This document shows, piece by piece, positions 17,394-25,827 of a stretch of 64,000 nt of DNA. This stretch comes from Hyphomicrobiales bacterium. GTDB taxonomy: Bacteria > Pseudomonadota > Alphaproteobacteria > Rhizobiales > CBDCVD01. Made by a program: the position numbers and the translations under genes. Where the stretch lies: positions 1,920,226 to 1,984,225 of the forward strand of contig OZ244974.1 in assembly GCA_965222955.1 (NCBI GenBank), written 5' to 3'. The notes below the pieces were generated by a model. The model searched no databases. It saw only the letters and a list, made by a program, of their open reading frames with translations, and was not told the origin of the DNA. Position 1 is the stretch's first letter; the number at the start of each line of letters is the position of its first letter.

Positions 17394-17919
17394 GGATCAC
17401 CAACAGTTTTTTCTTTTGTGCAGGCTTCGAATGGCCTGATAGTTTATTGTTTGGCGGACCCTCGATCCGATCGGGCGCGATAGTTTCGATTTTCTCCGAC
17501 AACCTCTTGCACAATCGCGATCGGGTATCCCTGGTACCGGCGGCATTTGCTCACAAATTCGCTGCGTGGCGTATTGCCTTGATAAAACCCTTTGTAACGC
17601 CACACTGTTTGTCATGGCTATGCGGCTTTGGTCTGAGCCGTGAAATTTGAGGAAAACGCCAATACGAATTAAATCATAGGTTTATTTTCTTCAAATTTCG
17701 CCTTATGCTAGTATCAGTCCGTTAACAGAAACTTACCCCAATAGTATAACCTCGATTGTTACGGCGTTTCGGGGGCGCGATTATGGGAAATTGACGAAGA
17801 ATGCATTAATTTGAACCAATACCGAGATAAATATGTTATATATTTCAATGTTTTAAAATTGTTGGAGATTGCCCGTCGACATCTTAACCATGACCACATA
17901 TAGTTCCGTCACGCGCGCG

Positions 17920-18036
17920 TTGTGACCTTTCAGCCCGTTGTATCCAGGACAGGCAAATCTGAAGCGATACCTATTGTGGCCGTGGCGAGCAGCACCCGAC
18001 GGGTTTCATCGAGAACAACCTGTTGCAATTGCACAC
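17920..18036 (+). repeat. Family C (outer-left arm plus inner-right arm)
   Basis: gtgacctttcagcccgttgtatccaggacaggcaaatctgaag ... cacccgacgggtttcatcgagaacaacctgttgcaattgcacac. Confidence 0.8.
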
Positions 18037-18116
18037 CCGGGCGCGGGGGTATCGGGCGCTGGGGTATATTGTCGAGACGCCCAGCGGGTTTATGTACTAT
18101 GCCAAAAGCGCTTATA

Positions 18117-18415
18117 ATACCAGGGGGCTTTGCGTGTGACTCCTGGCTCAGATTAAAACCGTTGTTTTATCAGCACGATACACAAGTCAGCGTGTACAAA
18201 ACGCCAATACCGCTGGTACACAGGGACTTACGTGTGACTCCTGGCTCAGATTAAAACCGTTGTCTTATCAGCACGATACACAAGTCGGCGTGTACAAAAC
18301 GTCAATACCGCTGGTATACAGGGACTTACGTGTGACTCCTGGCTTGGTTGAAAACCGTTGCCTTATCAGCACGACACACAAGTCAGCGCGTACAAAACGC
18401 CAATACCGCTGGTAT
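18117..18415 (-). repeat. Tandem array of 3 R98 units, inverted relative to 15612-16203
   Basis: Three consecutive reverse-complement units, each ending ...gtacaaaacg[ct]caataccgctggta. Confidence 0.95.
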
Positions 18416-18458
18416 CAGTCCGCCGGGTTGCCCCAGGGACTGATTTGTCCTTGGTGTT

Positions 18459-18510
18459 CACTGGGAAAAAGCAGACCGAGGCGAAGCCGAGGGACTTTTT
18501 CACATTCAAC
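18459..18510. repeat. Family B hairpin (with the longer left extension from about 18420)
   Basis: cactgggaaaaagcagaccgaggcgaagccgagggactttttcacattcaac. The upstream ccgccgggttgccccagggactgatttgtcc is shared with the copies at 58941 and 33996-34038. Confidence 0.85.
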
Positions 18511-18585
18511 GCAATACATCGTATTGCCCGGTGCCTGATGCGGATACCGCTGATACAACGGCCTGCGAACGGTTATGAGGTCACC

Positions 18586-18792
18586 ATGCAACAAGCCGAC
18601 AAGGATGCGTTGGTTCAGCAACTCAATACGTTGCGTGCGTTGCACCAGAAGTTGAGCGAGGAGATTGTGTTGTTGTCACGCGCAGCAAACGCCGATCGCT
18701 TTGAGGTTCTGCGCTTGAAACGGGAAAAGGTGCAGCTCAAGGACAGGATTTCCGTTCTTGAAGACAAGATTACGCCGGATATCATCGCCTGA
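18586..18792 (+). CDS. Small coiled-coil protein, DUF465 (YdcH)-like
   Basis: 68 aa from ATG 18586, with GAGG 5 nt upstream. MQQADKDALVQQLNTLRALHQKLSEEI...LRLKREKVQLKDRISVLEDKITPDIIA. The 5' part of the track ORF (18358..) lies in repeat sequence. Confidence 0.55.
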   Translation: MQQADKDALVQQLNTLRALHQKLSEEIVLLSRAANADRFEVLRLKREKVQLKDRISVLEDKITPDIIA

Positions 18793-18795
18793 TTT

Positions 18796-18848
18796 GGTGA
18801 ATGTGAACATTTCCTCGGCTTCGCTTGGGTGTACTTTTCACATTCAAC
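18796..18848. repeat. Family B hairpin
   Basis: ggtgaatgtgaacatttcctcggcttcgcttgggtgtacttttcacattcaac. Confidence 0.8.
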
Positions 18849-18879
18849 CAATGCATTTCACAGCATTATCAGAGCGCTA

Positions 18880-19161
18880 TCAGACTTTTGTAAAGCAAAA
18901 TACAAACCAGCAAACGGCGATCGCCAAAGGCACCCAAAGGGGCATGCCGAACAAACCCAGCCAGGCCAGAAAAATATACGCCGATCCCAAAAGACTCAAA
19001 AACAGGCGATCGCCGCGCGTCGTCACCAGACCGAACACCCCATGGCGCTCGCTCGTGCCCGGATAGCGGATTTCGATTATCGTGATAATCGCCATCGCGG
19101 TGAAAATAAAGATAAAGAACAGACCCGTCGGCCATGTCCAGGCCATCCAGCCAAGCATCAC
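18880..19161 (-). CDS. DUF2160 small integral membrane protein (ABC-operon associated)
   Basis: 93 aa with three hydrophobic segments. It overlaps the permease stop by 4 nt. This family accompanies glycerol-type CUT1 ABC operons in Rhizobiales. Confidence 0.65.
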   Translation of the reverse strand: MMLGWMAWTWPTGLFFIFIFTAMAIITIIEIRYPGTSERHGVFGLVTTRGDRLFLSLLGSAYIFLAWLGLFGMPLWVPLAIAVCWFVFCFTKV

Positions 19162-19955
19162 ACCCTGCCCATCGCGAAACCCTTCGCGATATAATTGCGA
19201 ACAAAATAGATAACGATGGCGCCAGGAATAATCGTCAGCGTTCCCGCCGCCGCGAGAAGACCCAGTTCATACCCCGCACTGGACGCCGTCTTTGTCATCG
19301 TCGCCGCGATTGGCTTGGCGGCAACTGCGGTGAGAGTTTTTGCCAGTAACAGTTCCACCCACGAAAACATAAAGCAAAAGAACGCCGTCACCCCGACGCC
19401 GGAGCCTATGGCGGGAATGAAGATCCTCACAAAGAATCTCGAAAACGAATATCCGTCCACATAAGCCGTTTCATCCAGCTCCCTCGGTACACCGCTCATA
19501 AAACCCTCCAGTATCCACACCGCCAGGGGGATGTTGAAAAGACAATGTGCCAGGGCAACAGCAAGATGGGTGTCAAATAGTCCAACCGCCGAGTAGAGCT
19601 GGAAAAAGGGCAATGCAAACACAGCCGCCGGCGCCATCCGATTGGTCAGCAGCCAAAAGAACAGCGTTTTGTCTCCCAAAAACCGGTAGCGGGAAAAAGC
19701 ATAGGCAGCGGGCAGCGCCACGACAACCGAGACCACGGTGTTGAGCGAGACATAAATCAGCGAATTTATATACCCCCAGTACCAGGTGGGATCGGTGAAA
19801 ATCGTCCGATAGGCATCCAGCGTAAACGTCTGCGGGAACAGGGAAAACCCGGCCAGAATCTCGTTCGTGGTCCGAAAACTCATGGTCACAAGCCAGTATA
19901 TAGGCAGCAGCAGAAACAGGATATAGAGGATCGGCAGGATGGATCGCTTGCGCAT
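19158..19955 (-). CDS. CUT1 sugar/polyol ABC transporter permease
   Basis: MRKRSILPILYILFLLLPIYWLV. It carries an EAA-like loop. Its ATG overlaps the upstream stop (TAATG). Confidence 0.85.
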   Translation of the reverse strand: MRKRSILPILYILFLLLPIYWLVTMSFRTTNEILAGFSLFPQTFTLDAYRTIFTDPTWYWGYINSLIYVSLNTVVSVVVALPAAYAFSRYRFLGDKTLFFWLLTNRMAPAAVFALPFFQLYSAVGLFDTHLAVALAHCLFNIPLAVWILEGFMSGVPRELDETAYVDGYSFSRFFVRIFIPAIGSGVGVTAFFCFMFSWVELLLAKTLTAVAAKPIAATMTKTASSAGYELGLLAAAGTLTIIPGAIVIYFVRNYIAKGFAMGRV

Positions 19956-20833
19956 TATTTCTCCCCCGCCTGGCCGGTGTCTTCCCTGGTCATGATCGTA
20001 TAAAACAGCCACGATGCCAAAAGCGTGATGGCGAAATAGATCAGACTCATCGCCGCCGCGGGCCCAAGATCGAACTGGCCGAGCGCGATCTTAACCAGAT
20101 CAATTGAAAGCAGTGTCGTTGCATTTCCCGGCCCGCCGCCCGTCAACACAAACGGCTCGGTATAAATATTGAAAGAATCCATAAAGCGTAAAAGCACCGC
20201 GATCGTCAGCACGTTCCGGATTTTCGGCAGTTGGATAAAACGAAATACCGACCAGTTGGAGGCGCCATCGATCTTCGCCGCCTGGTAATAGGCATCCGGG
20301 ATAGACACCAGGCCCGCATACGCCAAAAGCACCACGAGCGATGTCCAATGCCATACATCCATTGCGACGATGGTCACCCAGGCGGCAACTGGGTTCTGCG
20401 TCATGTCGTAGGGAATGCCCAGCACGTGATTGAAGAAATAGCCGAGCAGGCCGATGTCCGGCAGGGTGAAAATATTCCACATCGCCCCCACCACGTTCCA
20501 GGGAATGAGCATCGGCAAAGACATCAGAACCAGACAGACGGAAACCCAGATACCCTTACGCGGCATCGACAAGGCAATCGCGACGCCTAAGGGAATTTCA
20601 ATCGCAAGAATCATAAACGTAAAGAGAAACTGCCGGCCAAGGGCATTATGAAACCGGTCGGAACGCAGGATATTCTCAAACCATGTGAGCCCTTCCCAGA
20701 AAAAAACATTGTCGCCAAATGTCTCCTGGACCGAGTAATTGACCACCGTCATCATGGGGATGAGGGCATTGAACGCCACCAGCACTAACACCGGCAAGAC
20801 GAGAAACCACGCCCGTTGATTTTCAGTCTTCAT
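19955..20833 (-). CDS. CUT1 sugar/polyol ABC transporter permease
   Basis: MKTENQRAWFLVLPVLVLVAFNALIPMM...YYQAAKIDGASNWSVFRFIQLP. It has an ATGA overlap with the ATPase gene. Confidence 0.85.
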   Translation of the reverse strand: MKTENQRAWFLVLPVLVLVAFNALIPMMTVVNYSVQETFGDNVFFWEGLTWFENILRSDRFHNALGRQFLFTFMILAIEIPLGVAIALSMPRKGIWVSVCLVLMSLPMLIPWNVVGAMWNIFTLPDIGLLGYFFNHVLGIPYDMTQNPVAAWVTIVAMDVWHWTSLVVLLAYAGLVSIPDAYYQAAKIDGASNWSVFRFIQLPKIRNVLTIAVLLRFMDSFNIYTEPFVLTGGGPGNATTLLSIDLVKIALGQFDLGPAAAMSLIYFAITLLASWLFYTIMTREDTGQAGEK

Positions 20834-21948
20834 GTTGCCGCTCTTTGCGATTCGCTCTGGTGTGCCTGCGTGGCGAGCCACCCATCCACATAGAGGCGTG
20901 TCTGACTGCGATCGAATTGAAGCCTGATCAGCGCACCCTGCTCGGGCGTATCGCCTTCAACAATGGCGGATACCCCATAATCACCGATCATGGCTTCGAT
21001 AACATTGTGGCGTCCCACATCGGATACTTTGCCGACCCGCGCTGTAAACCCCGCGTTGTCATCGGTGTCGCTTGTCGCCAGCGACACGAATTCAGGCCGT
21101 ATGCCGATCTCCGCGACGCCGGTTCTGCCATCGGCAATGGGGCCCTCCAGAGGCACATGCTGTCCGTTGAGAAAGGCGCCGCCCTGGCGCAATTCGCACG
21201 GCAGTACGTTCATGCCGGGAGAGCCGATGAAGTGGCCCACAAATGTGTGCGCGGGCCGCGCAAAAAGCTCAACGGGGGTGCCGATCTGAACGACCTGGCC
21301 AAGGTCCATGACAACCACCTGATCGGCAAAGGTGAGCGCCTCCGTCTGATCGTGGGTCACATAGATCATCGTATGGCGAACACGCTGATGCAACTCCTTC
21401 AGCTTTGAGCGCAGCTTCCATTTCAGGTGAGGGTCAATCACGGTGAGGGGTTCATCGAACAGGATGGCGTTGACATCATCGCGCACCAGGCCCCGCCCCA
21501 TCGACAGTTTTTGCTTGTTGTCGGGGCTTAGCCCCGCCGCGCGCCGCTTGAGCATGTCGGTCACTTCAAGCATTTCGGCAATTTCCATCACCCGCTTGTC
21601 GATCACGGCGGCGCTGGCGCCCCTGTTTCGCAGCGGAAACGCCAGATTGTCGTAGATGGTCATCGTGTCGTAGATCACCGGGAACTGGAACACTTGCGCA
21701 ATGTTACGCTTGTCCGGCGAAAGGGGTGTTACGTCCCGATCATCGAAGAACACCCTGCCTTCGGTGGGGGTACGCAAGCCCGAAATCAGGTTCAAAAGCG
21801 TGGTCTTGCCGCATCCCGAGGGGCCGAGCAACGCGTAGGCGCCGCCGTCATCCCAGACGAGATTGATGTGCTGCAAGGCGTAGTCCTGCGCCCGTTGCGG
21901 GTTCGACAGATAGCTGTGTCGCATCTTTGAGAGTGTGATTTTCGCCAT
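20830..21948 (-). CDS. ABC transporter ATP-binding protein (second ATPase)
   Basis: Walker A GPSGCGKTT, signature-like LSPDNKQKLSMGR, Walker B ILFDEP. Confidence 0.85.
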   Translation of the reverse strand: MAKITLSKMRHSYLSNPQRAQDYALQHINLVWDDGGAYALLGPSGCGKTTLLNLISGLRTPTEGRVFFDDRDVTPLSPDKRNIAQVFQFPVIYDTMTIYDNLAFPLRNRGASAAVIDKRVMEIAEMLEVTDMLKRRAAGLSPDNKQKLSMGRGLVRDDVNAILFDEPLTVIDPHLKWKLRSKLKELHQRVRHTMIYVTHDQTEALTFADQVVVMDLGQVVQIGTPVELFARPAHTFVGHFIGSPGMNVLPCELRQGGAFLNGQHVPLEGPIADGRTGVAEIGIRPEFVSLATSDTDDNAGFTARVGKVSDVGRHNVIEAMIGDYGVSAIVEGDTPEQGALIRLQFDRSQTRLYVDGWLATQAHQSESQRAAT

Positions 21949-21956
21949 CGCGCGCC

Positions 21957-23018
21957 TCACGCCAGCCGGGAGCCGTCGGGCGCAAAATACAGGCATGCCG
22001 ATGGGTCCATGTAAAATGTATGCGCGGCGCCGCTGGAATAGGGGTGTACGCCGTGGGCAAGCGAAACCCAGTCGTTGCCCTCGAATTCGAAATGGGCGCT
22101 GCTTTCAGAACCGCTCAGTTCGGTAACACCCACGCGCCCGGCGAGAGGGATTGTCGCCTTGTCGCTTTTTATCGGCACAATGTGATGGGCGCGCACGGCG
22201 ACGTGATAGTCTCCATCGGCCAGCCCGCTAACGCTGGCCGGCAGCGGCCAGGTGACGCTTCCCATATGCATCGTCCCGCCCCGCTTTTGCACCCGCGCAT
22301 GGTTTATCGGTGGATCGGAAAAAATCATTGATGCGGCAAGGGAAACCGGGTTGCGATAGATGTCTGCCGTGACGCCAAACTGACGAATGTATCCATCCTG
22401 CATCAGGGCCGTCCGGCCACCGAGAAGAAGCGCCTCCTCAGGTTCCGAAGTGGCGTATACCACGACGGCACCACGGCCGGCGAAAAGTTCAGGCAGTTGT
22501 TCGCGCAGTTCCTCTCGCAATTTATAATCGAGATTGGCCAACGGCTCGTCCAGAAATACGGCATTGCTCTCCTTGGCAATAGCCCGCGCCAACGCTGTTC
22601 GCTGTTGCTGGCCGCCGGACAGTTCGTGGGGCCGGCGCTGCAACAGGGGGCGCAATTTTAAAATATCGGCGGTTTCCTGCACACGCCGTTCGATTTCGGT
22701 TTCCCCCATACCGGCAACGCGCAACGGCGATGCGATATTGTCATAGACCGTCATCTGCGGATAGTTCACAAAGAACTGGTGAACCAGGCTGATATTGCGC
22801 TTTTGGGTGGAAAGGCGGGTAACATCCCTGCCGTTCATGATGATCGAGCCGGAGGCAACCGCATCCAGACCGGCCATCAGTTTGATCAGCGATGTCTTGC
22901 CGGCACCGGTCTCGCCGAGAAGCACGTTGAAGTGTCCAGGCTCCAGCAGCAGCGCGGTTTTCTTGATGTGGGCCCGCCCACGAACAACTTTTGTGACGTC
23001 CCTTAGTTCAAGCGCCAT
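21957..23018 (-). CDS. ABC transporter ATP-binding protein (first ATPase)
   Basis: Walker A GETGAGKTS, signature LSGGQQQR, Walker B VFLDEP. Confidence 0.9.
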   Translation of the reverse strand: MALELRDVTKVVRGRAHIKKTALLLEPGHFNVLLGETGAGKTSLIKLMAGLDAVASGSIIMNGRDVTRLSTQKRNISLVHQFFVNYPQMTVYDNIASPLRVAGMGETEIERRVQETADILKLRPLLQRRPHELSGGQQQRTALARAIAKESNAVFLDEPLANLDYKLREELREQLPELFAGRGAVVVYATSEPEEALLLGGRTALMQDGYIRQFGVTADIYRNPVSLAASMIFSDPPINHARVQKRGGTMHMGSVTWPLPASVSGLADGDYHVAVRAHHIVPIKSDKATIPLAGRVGVTELSGSESSAHFEFEGNDWVSLAHGVHPYSSGAAHTFYMDPSACLYFAPDGSRLA

Positions 23019-23044
23019 TTTGCACCATGTTCGTTACGCCAGAT

Positions 23045-23674
23045 GTGATCTTTCAGCAGGGTGTTCCCGGGACAGGCAGGTCTGAAGGTACATCTCTTGC
23101 GCCCTTGCCACCTTTGCCGCCAGGGAGGCCGTACCGGGCCACTCATCCGCACCCGACAGGTTTACCAGGGACACCCTGTTGAAATTACACATCTAGAGCG
23201 TGTCAGGTCTTAATAGAAACAGAGTTTCTTCTATTAGAGCGTGTCAGGTCTTAATAGAAGCAATTTTCGTTTCTCGATTGGCGAGGCGAACCACGCCCAA
23301 GGCGATCGAAGAGCGATGGCGACCCATCTCTCGAGAGCGGCTTGGGGGTGGGCGTCCGCCAATCGGAAACCCGAAGGGACGGGCGCTTTTGCACCAATAC
23401 GAACCTTAAGTCTCTTGAAAATAGCCCCACTATATCCTGCGAGACTTAAGGTTCATCTTGGTGCAAAATCGCTCCGTCAGAATGGTTCTATTAAAACCTG
23501 ACACGCTCTAGCGCTATGGCATTTTCGCACAAGCCGGATAGCCAGGTGGGTAATTTCAACAGCTTGTTCTCGAAAAGGCCATGACCAGAGGGTTGACCCG
23601 AACCGGCCCTGCCGCAGCTACGGCGGCAAGAGAATCCCTTCAGATTTGCCCGTCCCGGGAACAACGCCGAAAGG
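23045..23674. repeat. Nested repeat: a family C element split by a family D element, inside the ABC operon
   Basis: The C left half is at 23045-23192. D is at 23195-23509, comprising a partial mini copy at 23195-23235 and then a full copy with the TIRs agagcgtgtcaggtcttaatagaa and ttctattaaaacctgacacgctct. The C right half is at 23548-23674. Confidence 0.85.
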
Positions 23675-23833
23675 CCGCGGCCAGGCACACTCCGGTATTG
23701 AAAGCCACTTGCAAGATACGTCTGGAGCGCCTGGGGCTTCGGCGACACGCCAATCGCCAGCCCCGCCGCACTGAATTGTCCCGGTTCAATGCGGCGGAAT
23801 ACAGGGGATTGATGGCAACGCCAGACCTTGGCC

Positions 23834-25567
23834 TTACTGGGCCCAGCGGGTTATCAGTTCGTCATAATTGACGGTCTTGCCCTGGGGCTTCTCGTTTGCA
23901 AGTTTTGCTTTCGCGCCGCCCTTGCCGAGCCACTCGGAAGGGTCTTTAGGTTCGTTCAGCCGGGGTCCGCAGCCGCCATAGACATTTTGCGCCTCGTCGG
24001 CACGTTGCATCCGCGCCATGGTGACGTCCATTTCCTCGGCGAGACGATCCATCGCCTGCTGCGGCGTAAACGCGCCGGAGTTCACATCCCCGATCTGCTG
24101 CCACCAGATTTGCGCCAGTTTCGGATAGTCGGGCACATTCACGCCCGTGGGCGACCAGGCGACACGATCGGGCGAGCGGTAGAATTCCACAAGACCGCCG
24201 AGTTTTGGGGCGCGCTCGCTGAAGCTCTCGTGGTTGACGGTGGAGTTGCGAATGAATGTAAGGCCCACATGGGATTTCTTGACATCAACGGTTTTGGATA
24301 CGACAAACTGGGCGTAGAGCCAGGCGGCCCTGGCCCGATCCTCCGGTGTGGATTTCAAAAACGTCCAGGATCCCACGTCCTGATAGCCGACTTTCTGGCC
24401 TTCTTCCCAATAGGGACCATGGGGAGATGGCGCCATGCGCCACAGGGGGTTCCCGGCATCATCGACGGTATTGTTGCCCTCGGATTTCGGCTTTACCATA
24501 TCCGCGGTAAAGGCGGTGTACCAGAAGATCTGCTGGGCGACATTGCCCTGACTTAGCGCTGGCAAGGACTGGTAGAAGTCAAAGCTCGCGGCGCCTGGGG
24601 GGGCATATTTGCGCAACCACTCGTCCCATTTGCGGATGGCGTAAACCGCCGCCGGGCCGTTTGCCGCGCCGCCGCGGGACACGGATGCCCCGGCCGGATT
24701 ACACGAACCCGCCTCCATACGGATGCCCCATTCGTCGATGGGCACCCCGTTCGGCTCCCCCTTTGAGCCGGCGCCCGCCATGGAAAGCCATGCATCCGTC
24801 ATGCGCCATCCCAGATCGGGGGCCCGTTTGCCGTAATCCATATGGCCGTAGATATCCACACCATCGATGTTTTTGACATCGTTGGAGAAAAACTCGGCGA
24901 TATCCTCATAGGCAGACCAGTTGACCGGTACTCCCAGATCGTAACCGTATTTGGCCTTGAACGCCGCCTTGTGTTTGGGATCATCGAACCAGTCCTTGCG
25001 AAACCAGTAAAGGTTGGCGAACTGCTGGTCCGGAAGCTGGTAGAGTTTTCCATCCGGTCCGGTGGTAAATTGCGTGCCCATGAAATCGTCAAGGTCGAGT
25101 CCCGGATTGGTTACGCTTTTCCACGGACCGGCAATAGCATCGCTCAGATTGTAGGTCAGTTGCAGACGCGAATGCGTCCCGATCAGATCCGAATCGTTGA
25201 CATAGGCATCATAGAGATTTCGTTTGGTTTGCATTTGCGTCTGCACCGCCTGGACAACTTCGCCTTCGCCCAGGATTTGGTGATTGACCTTGATGCCGGT
25301 GATTTCCTCAAAGGCCTTTGTCAGAACCTCGGATTCGTAGCTATGGGTCGGAATGCCTTCGGACAGGACATTGATTTCCATACCCTTGAAAGGCTCTGCC
25401 GCCTTGATGAACCATTGCAATTCGGCAAGCTGCTCCGCCTTGGTTAGCGTCGAGGGCTGAAACTCGTTATCGATCCACTTTTTTGCCGCAGCCTCATCCG
25501 CCTGCGCAGTGGTACCGCCGGCCATCAGCGCCATGCTCGTGATGGCGCAAAGAAGATGCTTTCGCAT
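23834..25567 (-). CDS. Extracellular solute-binding protein of the CUT1 ABC transporter (large, about 577 aa, glycerol/polyol type)
   Basis: Signal peptide MRKHLLCAITSMALMAGGTTAQA. Family-1 SBP pattern. It is the first gene of the co-oriented cluster. Confidence 0.8.
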   Translation of the reverse strand: MRKHLLCAITSMALMAGGTTAQADEAAAKKWIDNEFQPSTLTKAEQLAELQWFIKAAEPFKGMEINVLSEGIPTHSYESEVLTKAFEEITGIKVNHQILGEGEVVQAVQTQMQTKRNLYDAYVNDSDLIGTHSRLQLTYNLSDAIAGPWKSVTNPGLDLDDFMGTQFTTGPDGKLYQLPDQQFANLYWFRKDWFDDPKHKAAFKAKYGYDLGVPVNWSAYEDIAEFFSNDVKNIDGVDIYGHMDYGKRAPDLGWRMTDAWLSMAGAGSKGEPNGVPIDEWGIRMEAGSCNPAGASVSRGGAANGPAAVYAIRKWDEWLRKYAPPGAASFDFYQSLPALSQGNVAQQIFWYTAFTADMVKPKSEGNNTVDDAGNPLWRMAPSPHGPYWEEGQKVGYQDVGSWTFLKSTPEDRARAAWLYAQFVVSKTVDVKKSHVGLTFIRNSTVNHESFSERAPKLGGLVEFYRSPDRVAWSPTGVNVPDYPKLAQIWWQQIGDVNSGAFTPQQAMDRLAEEMDVTMARMQRADEAQNVYGGCGPRLNEPKDPSEWLGKGGAKAKLANEKPQGKTVNYDELITRWAQ

Positions 25568-25827
25568 ACTTGTCCTCCCATGGGTTTATGTAAGATCGCC
25601 GGTTTTTCCCGGCCCGCTTAATTCATCCGAACACGAAAGGCTTGTCAACTATTATTTTAGTACCGGCGATTTTATTGGTGCCTTGCTGCGTAATTTCAGC
25701 GGATTGAGACAGGTAAATCTGAAGCAACACCGCTCGCAGCGAAGCCTCTGAAAACTGTGAACCCTGTCCGGCATGGTGATCTCGCCGTCTCCACAGCCAC
25801 GTTCCGCAGGTCCTTCCGCGGCACTGA

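Noticed and set aside
15612-18415. A composite transposon or genomic island carrying the FecR gene.
   Set aside because: There is no transposase or integrase, and the flanking arrays are tandem micro-elements rather than IS copies. It is retained as an invertible or unstable-cassette hypothesis only.
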